This document shows positions 24,667 to 37,368 of a stretch of DNA of 64,000 nucleotides, piece after piece. How positions within the stretch are numbered: position 1 is the stretch's first letter; each line of letters starts with the position of its first letter. Made by a program: the position numbers and the translations under genes. The notes beneath the pieces were generated by a model that worked only from the letters and a program-made list of their open reading frames with translations, made no database searches and was not told the DNA's origin. The stretch comes from Tricharina praecox (lineage: Eukaryota). The DNA is taken from assembly GCF_024521635.1 (NCBI RefSeq), contig NW_026250405.1, forward strand, positions 1,054,001 to 1,118,000. The letters run 5' to 3'.

Positions 24667-25742
24667 TCAATGGCTATTCCCCAACTTTCCTCCAGCCTTT
24701 ACGGCCTTCTCGACTTTCTCCATCTCAGCTATGGCTGCAGTCCAATCCTGCCACTCCTTCTCGCCTCCCGGAAGTCCTCCGCTCAACGGCAACCTCGTCC
24801 CGTCCCTATCACCGAATCCGGCCACCCTGGACACCGCCTCCTTGATTCCGACGGTCCCAAACTTCACCACCAACTCCTCAGCACTCGACACAGCCCACTG
24901 AAGCCTCCTCGCCTCATCCTTCTCCACTTTCGTTACCGTGTCCGCTGTGGCCAAGTCAAACAACCGCACCACACTCGCCGGGAAGAACGCCGCCAGTCCG
25001 TCGATAGCACCGGCACACCCCATCTGGACAACCGAGAACAGGTGCTGTCCCAGCCCCGAGAATAGCGCGAACCGGCTGTGGTCGATCTCCGGGTCAAGCG
25101 AAACCTGTGTGTGCACCGACACATCGCCGTGGGAGAACTTGGCACCGACGATGTTGGGATGTGCGGCGAGCGTACGGATGGTCGAAGGTGTGATCTTGAT
25201 GTTGTTCGATACGCCGGGATAGTGATATCTACACATTTCTGTTAGCCATTGAGGGCCAATCGTTCCGAGTTGCATTGTCCTTACATTAGAATGGGAATTG
25301 GGCTTCTATCCGCCACCGCCTGGTACCACTTGGTTATACCCTCCTGATTCGCAGCGGTGGCGAAGTAACCCGGTGCCAGCACCATACCCCAATCCGCACC
25401 GGCCTCTTTACTCTCGACCAATAGCTCGACCGTCTCGGCGATACTATTCGTCGCAGTGCCCGCGATCAATGGGTAATCCGGGAATCCGCCTTCCGCCAGC
25501 CCTTCTCTTACCGCTTTGATCATGATCTTGCGTTCGCTGCGAGTGACGTGCACCGCCTCGCCGGTGGATCCGAGAAGCACGAGGCCCTTGATTCCCGCTC
25601 TGGCCAGAAAGAGGGAGTGCGCGACCTGCGTGTCCGTATCGAGCGGTGGAACGACGGGATCATAATTCTTCGAGTCCCTTCTCGCAAAAAAAGTCGGGAC
25701 GGGGACGAATATTCCGTGGGGAGGAGCAGCGGAGACGAGCAT
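24667..25742 (-). CDS. DHDPS-family class I aldolase, 339 aa; probable 2-keto-3-deoxy-L-rhamnonate aldolase (LRA4-like, by context)
   Basis: Exons 25742-25285 and 25228-24667 (56-nt intron GTAAGG..GCTAAC..TAG). Motifs GLVLLGSTGE, LIYHYPG (catalytic Tyr) and NIVGAKFS (Schiff-base Lys). Substrate is inferred from the neighbouring genes. Confidence 0.88.
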
Positions 25743-25890
25743 GATGGCAGTGGATAATGGAGTCGGTTGATTTTACGGGAATTGGAATTCAGAAGACGGC
25801 CATCGCTAGAAGATAAAGCTCATACCCATTTCGTTACTTCGTTGTCATCATGATCGCCTGTTCGGCACAGGGCTATGATGCTCAACCACT

Positions 25891-25907
25891 CGGCGCGAAT
25901 TAACCCG
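25891..25907. promoter_or_regulatory. CGG-N11-CCG candidate Zn2Cys6 (RhaR-type) binding site
   Basis: ctCGGcgcgaattaacCCGag, with palindromic flanks, 149 bp upstream of the aldolase ATG. Confidence 0.45.
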
Positions 25908-26940
25908 AGCCCTTCGGGGCAACGAAACCACGACCACGCGAGCCGAGGTGGTCCACGACAGGAGGCTAGAGGCGGCACGTCGGCCACCAGTCCACTTCTC
26001 TATCCGCTGCGCTCGAAGGGAAGATTTGGAGCCTATATCCATCTACAAAGCTAAGAACTTCACGATGGATGAGATGTCGCCCCTGTTCTTTTGTCGATAT
26101 TACTCTGCGCATGCGCGCCTCCCCGGGCGTCCCTACGTACGCCTTGCCACGGGGTTTAATATCTAACGCGATGATCATCGCCTTGTCTCGCTTCTCTCTT
26201 GGCTGTTTAAAGGGAACAAGTAGTGTCCGCGTACATAACACGGTGAGTGCTTCTGTATTTGGATGTCCCAAATACCGGGAACGCCTGGAATGGAAGGAAC
26301 AAGAAGCGCGCGGTGAGTAAGAGTGTTAAGCGATGATTCGGTGGAGGGTTTTTTTTTGCGATCTATGAGACGTTTACTCTTTATGGAGAGTAGTGAGCCG
26401 CAGCTCATAACCATCTGCAGGTCACCTGCACGATCGATCCCTTTGCCTTGTGCTTCAGCCGTTCAGCCTTGGGCGAGTGATCCAGCGCAAACTGTCCGCA
26501 TACCCGTATCTCATCAGCCTTAGAATTACCCGCGGTTGTACCTGTACTCCCGAGTTCCTACTCCCGCCTGGCCTATCTCCGCCGACGCTCAAAGTCTTGG
26601 GATTCTGCCGGATGACTTGCTGGCGGTAATGGAGTTTAGGATGACATTTATCCTTCCTTTCAACGTAGCCGCCTCTTCCATAAGCACTCTCGCCAGCTGG
26701 GTGTTGATGGCATAAGGCAAACGCATGTAGGCATGAAGGAATGAAGACATGCAGGCGGTGAAGTTTACTTTCCCCTTCAAGCAACCCTGACGACTTGATC
26801 GACTTGTTACATTGGAAGAAATCATATTTTGTTTACTGCGTTTGCTTTTTATTGATGTTCTCCGCCCGCAGATGAGGCATCCCTCACACACCAATACCCA
26901 AAATCTCTCCAAGAATGGATACTCCAACCCGCCACGACCA

Positions 26941-27907
26941 CTACTGCAAATTTACAAACAACCCTCCGTCTACTAAAATCTGCGCACCAGTGACGTATCC
27001 ACTGAGACTACTCGCCAAAAACACGGCGGGGCCCACAATATCCTCAGGCACACCCGTGCGTCCTAACGGGATCCTCCCCTCCATATACTCCCGCTTTTCA
27101 TCATTGCTCAAGTCCTCATCATTCAACTGCGTGCGAATCGTACCCGGAAGGATCGCATTACAGCGAATGCCATGCTTCCCCAGTGCCGTAGCAGTGGACT
27201 GCATGAGCGAAAGCACGCCCGCCTTGGTGGGCGTGTAGTGCGTCTGCCCCGCGCCGCCCACGAGCGCGGAGATGGAGGATATGCCGATGATGCTTCCGCC
27301 CTTGCCCTGGGCGACCATCTGTTTTGCGGCGGCCTGGGTTGCATAGAACGCGCCGTCGAGGTTTATGCGCACCGTCGAGGAGTACAGCTCCTCCGGCAGC
27401 GTGAGGAAGTCGGCGAACTGGCAGACACCCGCGTTGGAGACGAAGACGTTTAGTTCCCCGAAGGCGTCGACGGCGGCCGCGATGAAGTCTAGCGACGTCT
27501 GCCGGAGTGAGATGTCGCCGGGTCGCGCGAGGAAGCGTGGAAGCTGGGAGGTGCACGGAATGCTGTCGATTGCGGTGGCGAGGGACTCGATTTCGGCGGA
27601 TTGAGAGGGGCCAAGATAGTTTACGGCTACGTTCGCGCCGTGTTGCGCCATTCCGAGGGCGATTGCACGTCCTATTCCGGTTGCGGCGCCGGTGATGGCG
27701 ACGGTTTGGCCAGCGAGGAGCTGGGGTGTAGAGGGAGTCGGCGGGATTGTTGTGGTTGTGGCTGTGGGAGCTATTGTGGTATCGGCCGTGGGGGTGATCG
27801 ATGTGATGGTCTGGGATGATGTTGTAGCGGTTGTGGAAGCTGCGGATGTAGAAGCGGATGATATGGGAACTGCGGCTGCGCTTATGGGGGCGTCTACACT
27901 GCTGCTG
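26941..27907 (-). CDS. LRA1: L-rhamnose 1-dehydrogenase (SDR) terminal exon with N-terminal S/T/A/P linker; requires an upstream exon
   Basis: TGAATGIG Rossmann motif, FVSNAGVCQF, SSISALVGGAGQTHYTPTKAGV (YxxxK), YVTGAQILVDGGLFVNLQ, typical of fungal LRA1/lraA. The ORF-track start at 27984 is TTG, and the first in-frame ATG lies after the Rossmann motif. Branch site GCTGAC plus CAG acceptor at 27908. Confidence 0.9.
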
Positions 27908-28122
27908 CTGCGAAGTAAGTCAGCCACTGAATGCACGTAAATCTCATTTGACTGCAAATGAAATCCATTTCTTCTAGGCCGCAATGCAACCCTTCATCAT
28001 CACATATACAGTAACGTACAAGCGGATAACCAAGTGCCTCCACATGTCCACATCTAGTACAAAGCCAAAAAAAAAAACAGACACACGCGCGCATCGACCT
28101 TCCAACCCCCCACCAATCGCAC

Positions 28123-29469
28123 TTACTTGCTAACACCATTCGTAGCCTGACCATTCGTCTTCACCTCCTGCTCCTTCTTCACGCTCAACGGTCTCTCGGG
28201 GCTGGGGCTCAGGATGCCTGCCGCATCGATCAACCGCGCGCGCGGGTTGAGCGTCATTCCGAATCCCGGCTTGTCTAGTACGCTCACCGCCATCTTTCCG
28301 TTGACGGGTATGGGCTCGTCTAGGAACATGTCTCCAAACACTGGCATAACGGACTTTCCGTCGGGGGAGTTGGCGAGGTATTCCTGGAACGGACAGTTGC
28401 TCTGAGAAACCACGTAGTGGTATGAGTACGGCCCGCTAGCGTGAGGGACAACGGGAATGTCGTATGCGGCCGCCATGGCGGTGACCTTGAGGAGCTCCGT
28501 GAGACCGCCGACCCACATCACATCGGGCTGTACGATGTCGAGATTGCGGCCCTCGATCAGCTTTCGGAAGCCGTATTTGGTGTACTCGTGCTCGCCGGTG
28601 GTGAACTTGAGCTGCGGGAGCGCCTGCTTGAGCTGCTTGAAGCCGTCAAAGTCATCGGGGTGCAAGACCTCCTCCCACCAGTTGATGTTCAGGTCGAGGC
28701 AGGCGGTGGCCAGTTGGATCGTGTAGGGCACCGTGAGCGCCATGTAGCAATCTACCATCAGCGGGAAATCCGGACCGACGGATTCACGGTGTTTCCGGAG
28801 GAACTCGATATTCTTCTTCAGGCCCACGTGGCCATCGTCGGGACCGTACGGCAGCGGCACCTTCGCGCCGAAAAAGCCCATCTCCTTCGCCGCCACGGGC
28901 TCGGGGGTGGTGCAGTAGAAATCCAACGTCTCCCGCGTCGCGCCGCCAATCATCTTGTACACCGGCTCATTCCGGATCTTTCCCAGCAGATCCCACAACG
29001 CCAGGTCAACGACGGAGATGGTGGCGATCGGAAGTCCCTTGCGACCGTAGAACATGGTCGCGCGAAACATCTGGTCCCAGAGGAGGTTCAGGTTGCGCGG
29101 ATCCGCGCCGAGAAGGAATCGCTCGAGGTGCTGGGAGACGATCCAGCATGCCGGTGGCCCGCCGAAGCCGGTCGCGAAGCCGGTTGTGCCGTCGGTCGCT
29201 GTGATTTCGACACAGAAGGAACCGAGTACGTTGATACCCCAGGATGTGCGCGAGGTCTTGTAGGCCGCGAACTTGGACATGGGAGTTGCGATGGGGGAAT
29301 CGATAAGCCTGCATCGTCAGAGATAAGCCCACCACGGCGCGGAAGAGGGGAACTGAGGGGAAACAAACCAGTGGCCTCCCTCGACATTGTGGTAATCACC
29401 GCCGGAGCCTGCTCCATCGGTGATGAAGGTACGGATGGACTTGATCGTGGGGAATTCTTTGACGGACAT
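28123..29469 (-). CDS. LRA3: L-rhamnonate dehydratase (enolase superfamily, mandelate racemase subgroup), 428 aa
   Basis: Exons 29469-29369 and 29308-28123 (60-nt intron). Motifs GGDYHNV.GGHWLID, SRTSWGINVLGSF, KVPLPYGP, MVDCYM, WWEE, TTGEHE, VVPHAS, FQEYL. The stop TAA overlaps a GTAAGT donor at 28126. Confidence 0.93.
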
Positions 29470-32400
29470 AGCTGCGGATAGTGAAGAGTGAAATGAATAG
29501 AAGACAGAGGTATGAACAGCACAAGACGGCGAGATTAAGTATGCAGTAGGAGACTGCAAGGCAAGCCTGAACAGGGAAGAAAACGGAGACGTTTCCAAAA
29601 CTGACCTCCCTTCGCCTCGCCCGCTTGCTCACATACGCACGCACGCGGGTTCGGTTCTCCTCAATCTATCTCCATCTCCACATGCCGTCGTTTGCTTCAG
29701 CTAGCTCGTAGCAGCAAAGGCGCGTGTGCATGTGGCCAGCTAGGTCTGTCGTCGCAGAGCAGTCTCAGGGCCAGATTGATCGACAGCTCTGCTCAGCTTC
29801 AGTTGTGGGGTTTGGCGCTAGGTGAGGGGCCGGCGATTGAATAATTCCGCTGCCGAGTGCGGGGTCGTCTTGCTAGCCTGATAGATAGCCGGGTGGTCTC
29901 GGTGGGCATTGTCCGAAGCGCCGTGGATGTGGAGGAGGCTGTGAGGATAGGCGGACGGGACATGTGGAGATAGCCGATGGCGTGGTAAGGATTGTCGGTT
30001 GGACATTGCGTTCATGGGTAACTTTGGTGAACCGAGCATCACTCGCGATGACCAGATTGTACAGTCATCATAAGGGTCTGTTAGTTCGAAGCATGGGGGT
30101 ATATGCTATACCACCATCCGCGAATAGCAATCGAGCAGAAGAGAGGCCCGTGATTCTTGCGCTATCTTCTTTGCCGCCAAATGCGGAGCGCTACACCGTC
30201 GGTGGCAGATGCAGCGACATACAGAGTCGCGTAGGTAGCTCGGGGTTTGCTGAGCAGAAGAGGCCCCACCAGCCTCCAGCAGAAACTCGGTTATAAGGGC
30301 ACCACGGTTAGACATCATTCCATCCACATTTCCTCTCTCACCGGCTCACGCACATCCAGTCTATATCCGATACTTCACTGCGGAATCCGGACTCCCGACA
30401 GTCTATCGCAGTGTCGGCACAATAAGTAGAGGGCTCAATCCTTCCTGTGAGCATGCGCGTTGTCTTCTCCACCATCCATACGGCCTGAACGACAAGCTCT
30501 GTGGTTCGTGGACACCGAGGCCAGGAAATACAATTGTTACGCAGCGCCATTGACTGTTCGTGCGCCCACTGGATGCTCGCTCCGCTATTCATCTTTGTCG
30601 ATATCTCAAGGACAGCGAGCTGCCAAACGCCATGGTTGAGCCAAGATGGAGTGTTCGAAAAGCGTGTGGCTTGATGGGTACGAGTCATGGAGGGTACAAT
30701 CGACGGACTACGGACCACGGACTACGGACCAAGGGAGACGTATCACGGGCTGATTCTTTTGTGGTGCTTGGAGTTTTGGTTGCAAAGGCTGGCATGGCAA
30801 TTCTCCACGAATTACTAACGAACGACATATCAATTCGCATGAGTGCTTACTTTAGTGCTTAGGTAAATACCTACTCCCCCCTAGAACCAGAACAATCGGC
30901 TCCCGGAAAGATCACCATCGCAAATAGTTTCATCCCACTACCGTATCCCAAACTCTAACTTGAATAATACCAAGCAAAGAGAAAAGAAATGTGCAGACAG
31001 TTGTCGATGTCGAAAGGTATAAAGTAATGATCGATCGAAAAAAAAGATGCAGATGGACGAGTGGAAGAACGGTTCCGTCCAATCAGATGTATTTTTTTTT
31101 GAGACGGATTCCTCCAAAGCCCATTTTCTCTCCATCTCCCGGATCAACTGCGCGAAGGTGAGGGGGTATTCTGCGTCCTTGCAGCAGATTTCGGTCCACT
31201 AAAAGTCAACTTGGACACCCGTTAGCATGTGCATCTTCAGAGCCTACTCGATAAGCTTCTGATCCGTGACACCCGGTTTGCCGAACGTGAACTGGAAAGT
31301 CAGCTCAACATGTAGCTCCGAGACAAGTGCTAAACCAGGACACGGATAAGGCTGAGCCATGTGGATTTGCACTGCAGGAAGATCAATGCTAGTTAACGGC
31401 ACCATCCTAGTCGTCGTCCGAAGTGGCACTGGGACCCCCATCATGACTGGACTCGTGGAAGCGCATAACTATGAGTCCCTGGCGGTCTGAAATTATGTAT
31501 GCATTTGGATCCTCGCCACCACGCTCGAGCTCTCCCTGGGATTCTGCTCGACCCGGGAACCCTCAGCCAGCTCTTGTCCGATGCGCTCTTGCTGGTCTTC
31601 CTTTTTTAATCGGAGGATTCGATCACCGGGTTCGACAACACTGAGACAGATGTACCCTTGCAGCCTTGCTCTAGACAGTCGCACGCATATGGGGGGAGCT
31701 CTTCCAGAGCATCGGGCTGACTATTCCAGCTGATGGCTCGTTCTTGAAGTCTCTTATCCCTTACGATAATAGCGAGCTCATAGCCGAGGGCGTATATATA
31801 ATCACCAAAAGCTTCGTTATTGTCCATAAGCACCTGAATATTGGTCTTCTGGGTGGTATTCCCGCTCTTATGGGCTACAACTAGACTGACCCGGGGCTCT
31901 TGCTACATACCGCCATACCAATCTATGACACATTAGAGTTTAATAGCATAAAACTTCTAGATATAAGAAGACAGAGAACCAGCAGAAAAAAAATCGTACA
32001 GCATTTTTCCCAGCCGGTGCTCAGTCAGCTGAGTGGTATTCTATGAACCTCCATGTTGAACTGCGAGAAATCACAGACATCGTAACTACTGGGGCTCATT
32101 GCCTAGTAGGCATCACTCTAACAAACAGCGCGAATGTATTATATAAAGATGCGCCCCTGACATTCTCGCGGCGAGTCTTATCTTCACCCCGTATCTGGCC
32201 TGTCACTCGGCGGCTCCCCTATCCGTCGCGCCCTTCGATACAGAAAACACCAACTACTTACGTCAAGCACAGCATCACGATTCACACCTTTACGTACACG
32301 ACTTCACTACAATCGACAGTAAGAATCAGTACGCTATCCAGCATATACCCACAGTAGCAAAAAAAAAGGGACGTTTGTCGGGACCGGAGTGTTACTCGAC

Positions 32401-34815
32401 CTAGGTATGAAATTCCCGCAACGCTTGGGTATTCTGATAGGATACCGCGCTCAACGGAATGCAGATCTAAACGAATGCGTCATATCTGAACTCCAGTCGC
32501 CTTACTAGAGCTGTGACACTACGTAACTTCTTTTTTTTACACTGCGCATTTCGGTATCGGAAATGCTTGTGATAAATTCCTGATTGTATGACTACGCGAA
32601 CCTCCCTAAATGCTGGTGCTGCCATTTTGTTTCGGCAACGATCCATCACTGTTATATTGTGAAGACGACGGATTTTTGTTTTTGCAAGAACACCGGTTCC
32701 GCACCATGCCGAGTGATCGCCAGACGCACGCTTTGCCCCAGATCCATACGGTACTAGTAGAGCCTGGACTCAGCACGATAAGCGAAGCGTACTGGCGGCT
32801 ATATATATGCTAGGTAACTACATCCCAGTATCACACGCGATTGCCTGGCTAATGATTTTCCCCCGTCCCCCCTCTCCCGCTTCTCGGCGAGCCGGTGAGT
32901 CGGAGGGGGTATCTAAATTCGGAGGACCCAGACGGACGAGGACGGAGACGGAGACGGAGACAACCCGGTGGATGGGATGGACAACGAGGAGCCATCACAG
33001 CTTGGAATGGAGGGAGTCATCGCGGCTCAGAATGGACGCCTGTACTCTGTGTAGGAGGGGCGAGGGAGTACCTACCAAGTGCAGTGAGGCTGAAGGCGGG
33101 GGGGGGCTATGTTGATTGCACTGTCTTTGGGGCGGGCCGGGCCGGGGAAAGTAGCGTGCCCAGTGGCGACATCAAGCGGACCTGGCTGGAGGGGTATGTA
33201 CCTTGGCAGTGGGCAGTGGGCAGTGGGCAGTGGGCAGTACCTATGTGTGCATATTGCCATCATGCAGCAGTCGATGTTCAATGAAGAAACGAATAATGGG
33301 AAGCGTGGGGAAGCGGGGGAGACGAGGGAAGCGGGGGACGGGGGGACGGAGGGGGATGGGGATTGAAAGCTGATCATGGTGAATGCCATGCCATGCCGTG
33401 CTATGCTATGCCGTGCTATGCTATGCTATGCTATGCTATGCTATGGCTGGGATGGGCTGGGCTGATCACGGCTGATCATGGCTGGGCTGGCTGAGTTGAT
33501 CATGGCAGGGTTTGCTGCTGCCAACTGTACCTAGGCACCACATATTACATGCCCACCGGACCTGATCTCTGGCTACATACATATTCACACCAGCCGGATT
33601 AGCGGAAGCGTTTACTTGGTTACCGTATATTTATGAGTGCACTGCAAGTCTGCAACCCATCCACGATGAATCATGATTCCGTGAAAAGGAGAAACAAAGC
33701 ACCCGCCCTTCAGGCTTCTGGCCCCCTTGTGAGTCGAAACCTGGGGGATATCGGCTGAGAAATAGCCGCTTACCGGCAAGGCCAGGCAGAGATCGTGATC
33801 CACTTTTCCCCCTAACACCGACCACCGACCACACCGACCAGCGGTACCGTATTGAGTACCGTGTATTTACCCTTTTCAGTTTTGTGGGGAAGACACAATT
33901 AATAGTGTGCATTTGTTTATTTGCTAAGGCTCCTGCCCAACCGTGAGTTGATTGGTGCGTAATTCGAACCGGCATTTATTCGAATTTCGAATCCCTGCAT
34001 TCTCGGAACTCCAGAGTCTAGGTACTGAGGAGGCTACGGTATGGTATGGTATGGTATGGTAGCATTTGTATGTAAGTATGGTACGGTGGAGTGTGGAGTG
34101 GAGTGGAGTGGGGTGGAGTGGAATAGAGTGCTTACATACATACATAGGTAGACCATGGTTCGCAATCTCCCCGCTCGCCCGCTCGTTCACTCGTACGTGA
34201 GTGGTGTTGCGGATGCCCCAGGCACCATATGCATACTAAGCATTCGTGATTGCCCCCCCCCCCGCAATAACTAACTATAGGTCCAATCGTCCCCGCACGT
34301 ACGCTTCACATGGCCGGGGCAGCCGATGCCTAGTGTTCCACACGGCCCCCGCCGAACCATCCGTCTCGATCGTGGAAAGGTACCGTAGCCGCCTAACCAA
34401 ATTCCTCATCCTCGTCCTGTCTTGGGCACCAGTGACCCACATCCGTACTGCGCAGGTAGTTCTAGATTTCTGGAAGTATGTTTGCCCTCCGACTGCAAGA
34501 CCAGTAATTCAGAAATCGAGTGCTATTCCATGAACTGCAGTGTGATATACGAAATACTGTGGTATATATAATTCATCCTCGCCAACAGACAAACAAAAAT
34601 AATAACACTATATACGCCATGCCATGCCATGCCATGCCATGCCACGCGCATGCCCTGTTCCCAAGCCAATCCAGATGCCCCGCATTACTCCCCCTGATAG
34701 CTTTCCCGTTAAAAACAAAAACATAATGGTATCGATCCAACTCCCAAAGCAAAGCAAAGCAAAGCACAACGGCCACCGTGAACAAACAGATAACACAAAA
34801 GGAAAAAACACAAAA

Positions 34816-37368
34816 TCAAACAACCTGAAACAGCCAATCCGCCTCTTCCCCGGCTTGCGGACCGACCCACTGTCCGACGCCCTCACGACCTATGGGGGCA
34901 TCACCCGACACCCTCGGGAAGTTGAACCACGAAAACACATCGACGAGGTCGCCCTGCATATCGCCGCTTCCGACAGGCGTGTGCATATCCAGTCCGAGTG
35001 GCATAGCGGCCTGCTGCTGCTGGAGGCGTGGATCCGGCTGGCGCGAGATCATCACGTCGACCGAGTACGCCGTCATGCGCATGTCGCTTAGGATCTCGAC
35101 GCAGCTGCGGTCCTGGCCCTCGCCCTTGTGCCCGCCCAGCATGAGCTCGTCCAATACTCGCTCGATGATCCCGCCGTACCGGCTCGCGACCTGCCATATT
35201 TTGCCTGCTTCGCGCAGGGCGTCGAGGAAGAGCCGGACATCGGGGATCTCGCCGCTCTCGGCGGTCGAGGCGTGGACGAGGAGGAGCCGTGTGGCGACCC
35301 AGACTGCGAAGGGGAAGGTCGGCCCTAAAAGCGGGATCAGGTTTTGGGCGAGCACGAGTCGCGTGATGGCCGCGATATTTTCGACGGCTGATAGGCAGCG
35401 TTGCGATGCGCTGTAGCTGGGGCCGAAGATGGAGGAGCGGGTGGTGGGGTAGGCGGCTGCGGAGTGAAGACGGATTACTGCGCTGTAGGTGGGAAGGGGA
35501 TGTTAGCGGGAGGGTGGTGAGAAATGGGATGGGGGGTGGGGAGTGGTGGGTGAGTGTGGTGGTGGGGGTGGTGGTTGTAGGGGGTGGTAATGGTGGTGGT
35601 GGTAGTGGGGGAACGAACGTATTGTAGTATGCATGTAGCATGACCCAGCTCGGGTCTACAGCGCCACCGCCCATGTTGAGAGCGCGCGTCAGGTTGCCAA
35701 ACGACATTGGAAGCGAGTATTTCCACGACGTGAGCGCCTTGTCGAGGGTGCGGTACTTTAGCTGCCACGCCTCGACGTCGGAGAGGACATTGATATCGAC
35801 CGTCTCGCGCAGGAATCGGTGGATCCGTCCGAGGATGCCGACGACCTCTATCTGATGGCTGAAGGCCGAGAGCGACTCGACGTTGTTGACGGATTGTGTC
35901 GGTTTCTTGGCCGGTATCTGGAACCACCGCGTCTGCGTGGGCTGGTTGCGGTCCCACAGGCTGTCGCGGCAAGGCAGCTGGCGCTCGACTTCGGTCTCGT
36001 CCAGGGTCAGGTCCAGCGACGTGCCTAGGGACGTGATGACGTCGAGGAGATAGATGACCCAGAACAGTCGCCGTCGGCCCTCCTCCTCGATCCAATCGCT
36101 GCTTTCCGGAAGCGCACGCACGCCCATGGTGCTGATCTGCGGGAGCACCTCCTTCGCGGGCTCGAGTGCCAGCCCCAAGTGCAATGCCATGCGGGTGGTG
36201 AGGGCGAGGAGCCCCCATCCGCTCGGCCCGTTAGTGGAGCCCACGACGTCCAACACCAGGATCGAGATGGCACGCAGCGACTCGACGGATGGAGTCTCGA
36301 GCGCGAAGAAGATGACTTTGCGCTTTGCGACTTGCCGGAAGTTGGTCTTCCATTGCTCCGTCAGGCGCGGGTCGTTGCTGAACCGCAGTGCGGCGGCGAC
36401 AATGGCGTGCATCAAGATTACGTTTGCGGGGCCGACCTCGGTTGGCCGCCTCTGGAAGAGGCTATCGAGCAATGTCTGCCTGTGAAGTATGGGACATGTG
36501 GGATGCACGTGGTGGAAGAAGGCATCGATCAGTGTGCACAGGATGTCATCGGTCGGCAAGTCAGGGTCGAACGAGTGGGAAGTGGACAGATCCGCCATCT
36601 GGCGCGACGCGATGTCGGAGGTGGGCGGGAACGGGAGCTGGGGGGCGGGCGGTGTGTGGGACTGGTTAGACGCCGTTGACGGCGAGGGAAAGTGGTGCGC
36701 TGCTGCGGCATTGTGGTTATGATTGCTCTGCTGATGCTGCTGCTGCTGTTGTTGTTGCTGCGTAGCGTGCAAGTGGGATTCCAGCAGTCGCGAATGCGTC
36801 ACCAGCATGGCCTCGACTCTATCGAGACGCTCTTCGAGCTCGCGCCCGATTCCGGCCCGGAGTCCGGGCTTTTTTTTTTGGCGATAGATACATTCCTGAC
36901 CGTTGCGACTGCACCATCCGCAACTCGGCTGGGACCGGTCACACTTGACCTTCCGTTGTTTGCACGTCTCACACCTGATTGGTTTTCCCACCCCTTGTCA
37001 GCCGAGCGCCACCGACACGCCGCCGACGCCGCCGCCGCCGGAAGGCAGCAGCAGCAGCAGCGGTTTTTTTCTACGCTCTAAGGGCGGGGGACGACTCACG
37101 AAGAAATTCCGTCCATCTTGCGTCGCTTGCGCGCCTGCCCATCTTCATCGCCGTTCGCCTCACGCGAGTGCTTGAGGTCTTCTTCGGACGAGTTGCCGTT
37201 GTCGCTACGCCCACCGTTGGTGACAGTCGACTGTCGTCGCTGCGATTGCTGCTGCTGTTGCTGCTGTTGCTGAAGCATTGTATTCGGCGTCGGTGGTGGC
37301 GCCAGTACTGGCGACTGCGTGTGGTGATGTATGTGTGCCTGGGCAGGAGTGGTTACTGGTGAAGCCAT
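34816..37368 (-). CDS. rhaR: Zn(II)2Cys6 transcription factor with fungal-specific TF domain, RhaR-like, about 763 aa
   Basis: Exons 37368-37100, 36974-35619 and 35482-34816. Zinc cluster CETCKQRKVKCDRSQPSCGWCSRNGQEC, EEEGRRRLFWVIYLLD, AVIRLHSAAAYPT, LGPTFPFAVWVATRLLLVHA, C-terminal DWL. Located beside LRA1/LRA3. The symbol rests on motif recall plus context. Confidence 0.85.

Noticed and set aside
27908..27984. ORF-track start of the SDR at 27984
   Set aside because: It is a TTG inside intron sequence, upstream of a branch point and acceptor, and is not a credible eukaryotic start.
29500..34800. Candidate location for the LRA2 lactonase, including ORF fragments at 30900-31860
   Set aside because: No amidohydrolase-type motifs (for example IDSHxH). 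The fragments are interrupted and unidentifiable.
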